A stretch of 64,000 nucleotides of DNA, from positions 28,349 through 92,348 of the forward strand of contig JBMFKQ010000001.1 in NCBI GenBank assembly GCA_049972095.1. The letters run 5' to 3'. Numbering within the stretch: position 1 is the first letter of the stretch; each line of letters begins with the position of its first letter. This DNA comes from Elusimicrobiales bacterium. Its GTDB lineage: Bacteria > Elusimicrobiota > Elusimicrobia > Elusimicrobiales > UBA9959. The notes below the pieces were generated by a model. It did no database searches, had not been told where the DNA came from, and was given only the letters and a program-made list of their open reading frames with translations. Positions 57,027-64,000 of this stretch are shown piece by piece. The position numbers and the translations under genes are program-made.

Positions 57027-57341
57027 ATGACAGAAAAAACATCAAAAACCCAACAGCTATCCCTTGATGAACTTCTCATTAACTTTGGAACCAAGGATAA
57101 TTCTTCATTATCTGGAAAATATAAAAAGCTTGTTATAGTGATGAAATGGGCATATCATCTAAAAAACACTGAGGAATGGAAGGATAAACCAACCTCCCAG
57201 ATAATAGAAAAGGCACTTATTGATGTTTTCAGTGGTAGAGTTGATCAAAAGAAGGTTGACGCAGCTATTGAAAAGGATGAGGCTATAAAGCTCGAGAGGA
57301 TGGAAGAGAAGAAGAGGGCTAAAAAAACAGCTAATGAATAA
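57027..57341 (+). CDS. rpoZ: Probable divergent RNA polymerase omega subunit
   Basis: Directly after gmk; KYKKLVIV..WA..L and KALIDVFSGRV resemble the omega conserved regions. Confidence 0.6.
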   Translation: MTEKTSKTQQLSLDELLINFGTKDNSSLSGKYKKLVIVMKWAYHLKNTEEWKDKPTSQIIEKALIDVFSGRVDQKKVDAAIEKDEAIKLERMEEKKRAKKTANE

Positions 57342-58059
57342 AAAGATAATCTCCTATCTTAAAGAGATTGATGAGGATACATATATTCCACCATCTTATT
57401 TTCCACCCTTAAAAGCAAAAAATAGTTATGCGGATAGCGGAGTTAATCTGGATAGAAAAAAACTTCTTATGGATATTGAAAAGGAGGTTAGCAAGTGCAA
57501 GAAATGTCCTCTTGGACTTACAAGGTTAAAGGCTGTTTTTGGTATGGGTAATCCTTATTCTAAGGTTATGTTTATAGGAGAGGGACCTGGATGGGAGGAA
57601 GACCATCAGGGGCTGCCTTTTGTTGGAAAGGCAGGCCATCTTCTTGATAAGATTCTTGCAGCAATAGGTCTTAACAGAGGTGTTGTTTATATAACAAACA
57701 TAGTAAAATGCCATCCAATGATAAACCCTCAAACTCCCCAGGCAAGAGGTAATGACAGACCCCCAACCTCCGATGAGATATTTGCATGCAGCCATTATCT
57801 TCATGAACAAATAAAAGTAATAAGGCCAGCATGTGTAGTGACACTTGGTAATACTGCAACAAGATTTTTCATTCCACATGCAAAAGGGGTTTCACAGGTA
57901 AGAGGCAAATTCCATACTATCGATGGGTTTATTGAGGATTTGAAATTAGCAATCCTTCCAACATATCATCCAGCTGCTCTTTTAAGAAATCCTTCTCTTA
58001 AAAAAGATACATGGCAGGATATGAAATCCTTGAGAGATTTTCTTAAAGATCTAAAATGA
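57334..58059 (+). CDS. Uracil-DNA glycosylase, family 4 (Fe-S)
   Basis: CKKC, GEGPG..ED..G.PFVG.AG, NIVKC, C, YHPAA.LR. Confidence 0.92.
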   Translation: MNKKIISYLKEIDEDTYIPPSYFPPLKAKNSYADSGVNLDRKKLLMDIEKEVSKCKKCPLGLTRLKAVFGMGNPYSKVMFIGEGPGWEEDHQGLPFVGKAGHLLDKILAAIGLNRGVVYITNIVKCHPMINPQTPQARGNDRPPTSDEIFACSHYLHEQIKVIRPACVVTLGNTATRFFIPHAKGVSQVRGKFHTIDGFIEDLKLAILPTYHPAALLRNPSLKKDTWQDMKSLRDFLKDLK

Positions 58060-59906
58060 TAGCTGAGGTGCTTTTTCCCCTTGCTCTTGATGAGACATTT
58101 TATTACGAAATACCAAAAGATCTTGAAGATAAGATTAAGCCAGGAATAAGAATATATGCTTCTTTTTCCAAAATGCAGAAAACCCTTGGTTATATTATCT
58201 CAGTTTTTGATGAAAGGCAATTAAATGATGTTAAATTTGAACTAAAAAAGATTGACAAAATAATTGACAATACCCCTCCTTTTATCGTTGAAAAGTTCAT
58301 TGAGCTTTCTCATTTTATGTCATCAAGATGGTTTTCATCAAAGGGAATGATCTTAAGAGACTTTCTTAGATATCTTCCAAAAAAACTTGAGGTAAGGCAG
58401 AGAAAAACTAATGATAGAGGATCTATCGTTGAAAGAAAGTTTGTTATATCTGACAATATACTCTTAGATATACTTGAGTTTGTTTCTAAAAACTACGCAA
58501 AGATTCCGATTGTAATTTTTTTTCCAAATATATTCTCTCTTAAAGTTTTTGAAATGAAGCTTAAAGAGAAAGGATTTTTAGATTTTCTTTCCTACTCATC
58601 ACAGGAGAAAGTTTCTCTGAGAAAAAAAATAATCCAGAATGTCCTTCTTGGAGATTTCAAACTTATACTTTCAACAAAAAGTGGCGTGTTTCTGCCCTTT
58701 TTTAGTGGTGTTTATTTTATTGTTGCAGAGCCTTTGAATCATATGTATAAGCAGTTTGATCAACATCCATATTATGAAACGATTGAGCTCCTTCTAAGAA
58801 TATCAGAGATTTATAACTGTAGCATAGCTTTATTTTCTTCATCTACTTCACCTTTTTTCATAGATCTTGAAAAAAATAGACAGATTTTAGTTGAAAAAAG
58901 AACAGATCATAAAAATATAGGTATAGAAATTTTTGATTTAAAAAAATTTTCTCCTCTATCAGATGAGATTATAGAGGAGGTTGATGAAAATGTTGATAAA
59001 GGTGGAAAGGTTCTTTTTATGTCATATTCAAGGTATTCTTCAAACATAACCTTCTGCCCATTATGTGGTTCAATAAAGAGATGTTGTGAGTGTGGAAGTG
59101 TTATGAGAACTGATAATGAGCTTAGAAGAAAGGTTTATCTCTGTCCATATTGTGGAAGAAAGGAGGATTATTCAAACTTCTGTGAAAACTGTAAAACTGT
59201 GATGGTTTCAAAGGGTTATGGTTCTCAAAGAATATTTGAGGAACTTATTAATAGATTACCTCACAGAAGAATTCTTCTTATTGATGGTAGAATCGTGCAT
59301 ATCTTTGAGAGAATGCAGTATATTATAAATTCTCTTAAGACTAAAAACTTTGATATAATCTCAGCAACTGAGATTGTAGCAACCCATATCATTGATGTTG
59401 AGTTTGAATTGATAATAATGATTGTTTATGAATCACAAGGCCATTATGATTATTCATATGCTGAAAGATTTTTTGAGAGGATGAAAAATCTTTCAGGTCT
59501 CTTAAAGAAAAACGGAAAGATAAAAATATATACATATAATCCAGATAGCTTCATATTTTCAAAAATATCTAACACTGATGCATTTATGAATGAGGAGATG
59601 GAGTTGAGGAAAAAATTTGGATATCCTCCCTATGCTTTTATCTACGATGTAGAGCTAAGATGTAGTGATAAAGATATACTTAAAGAAAAGGTTAATGAGC
59701 TTATAAAAAAACTCTCTGATAAAGACTTTGCACAGGAGATGGGAGTAATATCCTTTGAACCTTCACTTAAAATAAAAAAGATTAGAAATGAAAAAAACTA
59801 TGTTCACTTCTCATCGCTTAGACTAAAAGATTATAAAAGGTTTTTCCCATACATTGAGAATTTTGCGCGTGCTTCAAGGCTCAAGATTAATATTGTCTCA
59901 AAGTAG
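58056..59906 (+). CDS. priA: PriA-like primosomal protein with degenerate helicase motifs
   Basis: N-terminal 3'-binding-domain pattern; four CxxC; R...GYPPY; position after gmk-rpoZ. Confidence 0.8.
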   Translation: MIAEVLFPLALDETFYYEIPKDLEDKIKPGIRIYASFSKMQKTLGYIISVFDERQLNDVKFELKKIDKIIDNTPPFIVEKFIELSHFMSSRWFSSKGMILRDFLRYLPKKLEVRQRKTNDRGSIVERKFVISDNILLDILEFVSKNYAKIPIVIFFPNIFSLKVFEMKLKEKGFLDFLSYSSQEKVSLRKKIIQNVLLGDFKLILSTKSGVFLPFFSGVYFIVAEPLNHMYKQFDQHPYYETIELLLRISEIYNCSIALFSSSTSPFFIDLEKNRQILVEKRTDHKNIGIEIFDLKKFSPLSDEIIEEVDENVDKGGKVLFMSYSRYSSNITFCPLCGSIKRCCECGSVMRTDNELRRKVYLCPYCGRKEDYSNFCENCKTVMVSKGYGSQRIFEELINRLPHRRILLIDGRIVHIFERMQYIINSLKTKNFDIISATEIVATHIIDVEFELIIMIVYESQGHYDYSYAERFFERMKNLSGLLKKNGKIKIYTYNPDSFIFSKISNTDAFMNEEMELRKKFGYPPYAFIYDVELRCSDKDILKEKVNELIKKLSDKDFAQEMGVISFEPSLKIKKIRNEKNYVHFSSLRLKDYKRFFPYIENFARASRLKINIVSK

Positions 59907-59944
59907 TTTATAAAATTGTAAAATAAACTATGAGTTAGGAGAAG

Positions 59945-61114
59945 ATGATGAATGATATTGAGCTTATTAAAAGAGGTAGTGTTGAGATTGTTAGTATTGA
60001 GGAGCTTGAGGAAAGGCTTAGAGAGAAACGAGCCTTAAGAGTTAAACTTGGAGTTGATCCTACAAGTCCTGACCTTCATCTCGGCCATAGTGTTGTTCTT
60101 ACTAAGTTAAGGGTTTTTCAGGATCTAGGTCACAGAGCAGTTCTTATAATAGGTGATTTTACAGCACAGATAGGAGATCCAAGTGGAAGGGATTCAACAA
60201 GGCCGATTCTTTCCTTTAATGATATTATTAAAAATGCTGAAAGCTATACTCAGCAAGCATTTAGAATTCTTGATAAACAAAAAACCGATGTGGTTTTCAA
60301 CTCAAAATGGCTGAGAAATTTTTTAGGTTTCTTCGAGAATACTGAAAACAATTTCATAAAGGTTTCAAGAAACATAACTGTTTCAAGACTTCTTGAAAGA
60401 GAGGATTTTAAAAACAGAATGAAAAAAGAAAACCCTATAACACTTCTTGAGATGCTCTATCCGATTTTTCAAGGGTATGATTCTGTTGCGGTGGATGCTG
60501 ATGTTGAACTTGGGGGACAGGATCAGATATTCAATCTTCTTGTTGGAAGGGACATACAAAAGATGTATTCAAAAAAACCTCAGGTATGTATTACCCTTCC
60601 TCTTCTTATTGGAATTGATGGTGTTAAAAAAATGTCAAAATCTTATGGGAACTATATAGCATTCAATGATTCACCCTCAGATATGTTTGGAAAGATTATG
60701 TCAATAAGTGATGAACTTATGTATCAATACTATGAGATACTTACTCTTGAAGATATGAATACTATAAAGGATATGCATCCTATGGAGGCTAAAAAAAATC
60801 TTGCTGCGATAATAGTTGAAAGATTTTATGACAGAAATACTGCTATAGAGGCAAAAAAGAGATTTGAGAAGATCTATTCAAAAAGAGAAGTCCCTAATGA
60901 TATTGATGTTGCAAAGGTTGAGATGCCTATACCTCTTTCAAGGCTTCTTGTAAAAATTGGCGCTGCATCATCTAACAATCAAGCAAGACGGCTTATAGAG
61001 TGTGGAGCTGTGAGGATAAATTCTGAAAAAATAATAAAGGATGTAAGTGTTGAAAAGGATGGGTTTATACTTCGCTGTGGAAAAAAATTTATAAAGAAAA
61101 TAATTAAGAGGTAG
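59945..61114 (+). CDS. tyrS: Tyrosine--tRNA ligase
   Basis: G.DPT...LHLGH, YP..QGYD, GG.DQ.FN, KMSKS, C-terminal S4-like domain. Confidence 0.97.
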   Translation: MMNDIELIKRGSVEIVSIEELEERLREKRALRVKLGVDPTSPDLHLGHSVVLTKLRVFQDLGHRAVLIIGDFTAQIGDPSGRDSTRPILSFNDIIKNAESYTQQAFRILDKQKTDVVFNSKWLRNFLGFFENTENNFIKVSRNITVSRLLEREDFKNRMKKENPITLLEMLYPIFQGYDSVAVDADVELGGQDQIFNLLVGRDIQKMYSKKPQVCITLPLLIGIDGVKKMSKSYGNYIAFNDSPSDMFGKIMSISDELMYQYYEILTLEDMNTIKDMHPMEAKKNLAAIIVERFYDRNTAIEAKKRFEKIYSKREVPNDIDVAKVEMPIPLSRLLVKIGAASSNNQARRLIECGAVRINSEKIIKDVSVEKDGFILRCGKKFIKKIIKR

Positions 61115-61117
61115 TTA

Positions 61118-61936
61118 ATGAGTTTGTTGTATGTTTTTTTATTCTTGAAATCTTTGTCTTTTTCTCAAAATGTTAATATTGAAGATTACAGAAAGATGAT
61201 AGAAGAGGCCCTTTCCAGACAGCAAGGTGATAGAGGTGGTAGAACAACAGAGTTTAGAATAGAAAGGGTGGGTGGAAGTGTTGAGATATTGTCTATGGGG
61301 GAAGAGAGAGCTCATCTTTCTAATAATTATCAATATCCTCTTGAGGTTGGTGATATCATTAGGGTTGGGTATGATGGAGAGGCAAATATCTATATAAACA
61401 ACATTGGTGTTATAAAAGTCTTAAGAAATACAGAGTTTGAAATATCCGAAACTCAAGGTGAAGATATTCTTTCACTTAATTATGGAAGCATAGTTTCAAG
61501 AATTGAAAGGTTTAAGAACAGCTATACCTTTAAAGTAAAAACTCCATCTGCTATATGCAATATAAAAGGAACTCAATTTGCGGTTGAACACAATAAGCTT
61601 TCAAGGGAAAGTATCTTTGGTGTTATAGATGAGGGTGAGATAGAGGTTTATGCCGGGGAGAATGAGTCAGAGAATAATGTTTACAAGGTTTCAAAAAATC
61701 AAGAGATTGTTATAAATCCTTTATCAAAAAGATTTAGAGTTTCAAATCTTTCCAGGCTTTCAATATATAAAGGGAAAATCAGCGCCATAAAAAAAGCACT
61801 CATTGAACATAAGAAAAAATGGAGATATTTTTCTCAAGCAGAAAGAATAAAATATAGACAGAGACTTTTCAATAAAAATTATAATCAAAAATCAATGAAA
61901 AAGAGTCTTAAAAGCAAAACTCGTGTAAGTAGATGA
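61118..61936 (+). CDS. FecR-domain exported protein
   Basis: L..GD.IR.G, L.YG.I, KTPSA...IKGTQF.V, V.EG.I.V. Confidence 0.75.
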   Translation: MSLLYVFLFLKSLSFSQNVNIEDYRKMIEEALSRQQGDRGGRTTEFRIERVGGSVEILSMGEERAHLSNNYQYPLEVGDIIRVGYDGEANIYINNIGVIKVLRNTEFEISETQGEDILSLNYGSIVSRIERFKNSYTFKVKTPSAICNIKGTQFAVEHNKLSRESIFGVIDEGEIEVYAGENESENNVYKVSKNQEIVINPLSKRFRVSNLSRLSIYKGKISAIKKALIEHKKKWRYFSQAERIKYRQRLFNKNYNQKSMKKSLKSKTRVSR

Positions 61937-61969
61937 AAAGTGAGTAGTAATGTGTGAGAGGTGAAATAA

Positions 61970-62518
61970 ATGAGGACATTCATAGCACTTAAACCTGACT
62001 TAAATTCTTGCAAGAAAATCTCTTTTTTTAGAAGGGATTTTTTGCCTTCTAATATAGTAAAGAAGCTTAAAATTGTAGATGAGATTAATATTCATCTAAC
62101 TCTTTTTTTTCTTGGAAATTATTTTAATGAGGAAAATATAAAACTGCTTTCCTCTCAAATTAAGCTAATGAATTATACTCCTGTTAGATTCAGATGTGTT
62201 AAGGTTGGCTTTTTCCCCAGTGAAGTAAAACCAAGGGTTATATGGATTGCACCAGATGAAAATGCTAATGAAAAAATAAAGCAGATTTACCTCTCTGTTA
62301 AAGATATTCTTTGTTCCCTCAATTTTAATTCGGAGGAAGATTTTTCCCCCCATATAACTCTTGCAAGAGTTAGAGAGACTTTGACTAAGAAGGATGTTGA
62401 CATCATAAAGGATTTTAAAATTAATGATGAGCTTTGTTTTGAAAAACTTGTTCTTCTTAAAAGCACGCTTACTCCTTTAGGTTCTATCTATGAGGAGATA
62501 GTGGAGGCTAGAGGATGA
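61970..62518 (+). CDS. thpR: RNA 2',3'-cyclic phosphodiesterase (2H family)
   Basis: MRTFIA, HLTL.FLG, PRVIW, PHITLAR, S.LTP.G..Y. Confidence 0.92.
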   Translation: MRTFIALKPDLNSCKKISFFRRDFLPSNIVKKLKIVDEINIHLTLFFLGNYFNEENIKLLSSQIKLMNYTPVRFRCVKVGFFPSEVKPRVIWIAPDENANEKIKQIYLSVKDILCSLNFNSEEDFSPHITLARVRETLTKKDVDIIKDFKINDELCFEKLVLLKSTLTPLGSIYEEIVEARG

Positions 62519-63465
62519 TAAGAAAATTTTTGTTTCTTTTTATCTTTTTTATTGTCATTATAGTAGTTTATTTCTTTGTTCCTTTTTCTCATCAAATTGT
62601 TAGTGTGAAGATACCTGAAAAGATTAGTGCAACCAAGATTGCAAGGATTTTAAAGGAGAATGGTGTGATATTTTCTGAGACCTACTTTATACTTTTAGTT
62701 AAAGTCACTAAAACTGATAAGAGGATAAACCCTGGCGAATATACATTTAGAAAATACACCCCTCATGAGATCGTTTTAAACAAATTGATAAGAAGCAGAT
62801 ATACAGACGACATAAAGGTTGTAATTCCTGAAGGATGGAGGGCTGAGCAGATTGCAGAAAGGCTTTATGCTAACGGTGTTATAAAGGATAAGGCAAGGTT
62901 TATGAGGGTTGTTAAAGACAGAAAGCTTGAGGGATATCTTTTCCCTTCAACATACTACTTTAAAAAAACTATGACGGAAGAAGAGGTTATTAATTACTTC
63001 ATTGATTCATATAAAAGAAATATAAGGCCACTTTTTTTGAAATATCCTATGCCACAAGGGCTTGATGAACACAAGGTTATAATAATTGCTTCAATAGTTG
63101 AAAGAGAAGCGGTATATGATGAGGAAAGGCCACTTATTGCTGCGGTTTATCTTAACAGACTTAAAAAAAATATGCCTCTTGAAGCTGATCCCACTGTTCA
63201 ATATGCTTTGGGTTATTGGAAAAAAGGGCTTACACACAAGGACCTTGAAATTCCATCTCCTTACAACACATATTATGTTGGGGGACTTCCACCAGGGCCA
63301 ATCTGTTCACCAGGTATGAAATCTGTTGAAGCAGTTTTAAAACCCGCTGCTATTGATGCGCTTTATTTCGTTGCTGATAATAAGGGAAAACACATATTCA
63401 ATCTTAGATATGATGAGCATGCAAAAGCGAAAGAAAAGGTTAGAGGAGAAAGAACTAAGAAATGA
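62515..63465 (+). CDS. mltG: Endolytic transglycosylase MltG
   Basis: IPEG, LEGYLFP.TY, ASIVERE, NRL...M.LEADPTV.Y, SPYNTY...GLPPGPI. Confidence 0.95.
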   Translation: MIRKFLFLFIFFIVIIVVYFFVPFSHQIVSVKIPEKISATKIARILKENGVIFSETYFILLVKVTKTDKRINPGEYTFRKYTPHEIVLNKLIRSRYTDDIKVVIPEGWRAEQIAERLYANGVIKDKARFMRVVKDRKLEGYLFPSTYYFKKTMTEEEVINYFIDSYKRNIRPLFLKYPMPQGLDEHKVIIIASIVEREAVYDEERPLIAAVYLNRLKKNMPLEADPTVQYALGYWKKGLTHKDLEIPSPYNTYYVGGLPPGPICSPGMKSVEAVLKPAAIDALYFVADNKGKHIFNLRYDEHAKAKEKVRGERTKK

Positions 63466-63489
63466 AAGAATTATAAGTCTTTTAGTTTT

Positions 63490-63565
63490 GGGCGTGTAGC
63501 TCAGCTGGGAGAGCGTCCCGTTCGCAACGGGAAGGGCGGGGGTTCGAATCCCCTCACGTCCACCA
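63490..63565 (+). tRNA. tRNA-Ala(CGC) with encoded CCA
   Basis: GGGCGTG..TCCCG-TTCGCAA-CGGGA..GGTTCGAATCC..CACGTCC-A-CCA; G3:U70 pair. Confidence 0.96.
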
Positions 63566-63763
63566 AAATAAAAATGTAGGTTGGAGAATAAAAAATGAAC
63601 ACTAAAAGAGTTCAGCACATCAGTGGATAGAAGTTTAATAGATTTTAAAAAGACACAAGGATGGCAACCAAGCATTGTATACATAATGGACAGAGGGTTT
63701 TGACACCGACTATTGGAGAGATAAGATGCACTGAACCTGAATTTATTAATGGAGGTATGAGAA

Positions 63764-64000
63764 ATGAGTAAGAATTTGCAAGATATAGTTAAAACTATTG
63801 AAAGTTTAAAAGATAAGATAAAAAGGGATTATAAGGCAGAAATAGTGGGAATATTTGGTTCTTATGTGCGTAGAGAGCAAAAAAGGAAAAGCGATCTTGA
63901 TTTGCTTGTGAAATTCCATAATAGGGCTACTCTTTTTGAGTTTGTAGGGCTTGCTATCTTCCTTGAAGAAAAACTTGGCATTAAAAAGGTTGATATTGTC
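63764..64000 (+). CDS. Minimal nucleotidyltransferase (MNT/MntA-type antitoxin), truncated by the window edge
   Basis: MSKNLQ...GIFGSYVR.EQ...SDLDLLV...LEEKLG.KKVDIV; RBS GGAGGT; not in the ORF track. Confidence 0.88.
   Translation, partial: MSKNLQDIVKTIESLKDKIKRDYKAEIVGIFGSYVRREQKRKSDLDLLVKFHNRATLFEFVGLAIFLEEKLGIKKVDIV

Noticed and set aside
63337..63684. 115-aa minus-strand ORF
   Set aside because: Antisense to mltG and tRNA-Ala
1..64000. CRISPR array, rRNA, integrase, intact IS or prophage
   Set aside because: No regularly spaced repeats or recognisable genes of these types seen; intergenic gaps are short

Overview
Gene-dense, AT-rich (about one third G+C by eye) bacterial chromosome segment, mostly core genes, from a diderm cell (LolA, ExbB/ExbD/TonB-TolA-type motor, outer-membrane barrels). 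ATA/AGR-rich codon usage plus pcm, nfi and a family-4 UDG suggest a thermophile. Gene order and a pilin-like domain look Elusimicrobiota-like; this is inference, not searched. Contents: rpe; rpsP-khpA-trmD-rplS-rnhB-yraN (no rimM); punA-pdp-upp; a flippase; an ABC-2 exporter; a TraF/FadL-like barrel; nfi-pcm; a gluzincin; a Memo-AMMECR1 fusion; a PD-(D/E)XK nuclease; cutA-DUF4321-maf-queD-trxB; a domain-swapped ADP-forming acyl-CoA synthetase plus Fe-ADH; sua5; an exbBD-tonB/tolQRA-like operon; yggS-yggU-mtnA; groESL; a REC-GGDEF/kinase/PP2C/FHA operon; rpsO-pnp-accB-ftsK-lolA-pgsA-pgpA; an M23 peptidase; cinA; a TMTC-like GT-C; ppdK; gmk-rpoZ-udg-priA; tyrS-fecR-thpR-mltG; four tRNAs; and the start of an MNT gene. 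No CRISPR array, rRNA, integrase or intact IS was seen. Best leads: (1) two paralogous uncharacterised membrane proteins where tolB-pal would normally follow the motor genes; (2) a coupled c-di-GMP/Ser-Thr phosphorylation operon with a polytopic kinase and degenerate FHA domains; (3) a PriA lacking its ATPase motifs; (4) tandem variant CIRCE operators clamping the groESL promoter. All calls come from motif recognition by eye; no database search was run.
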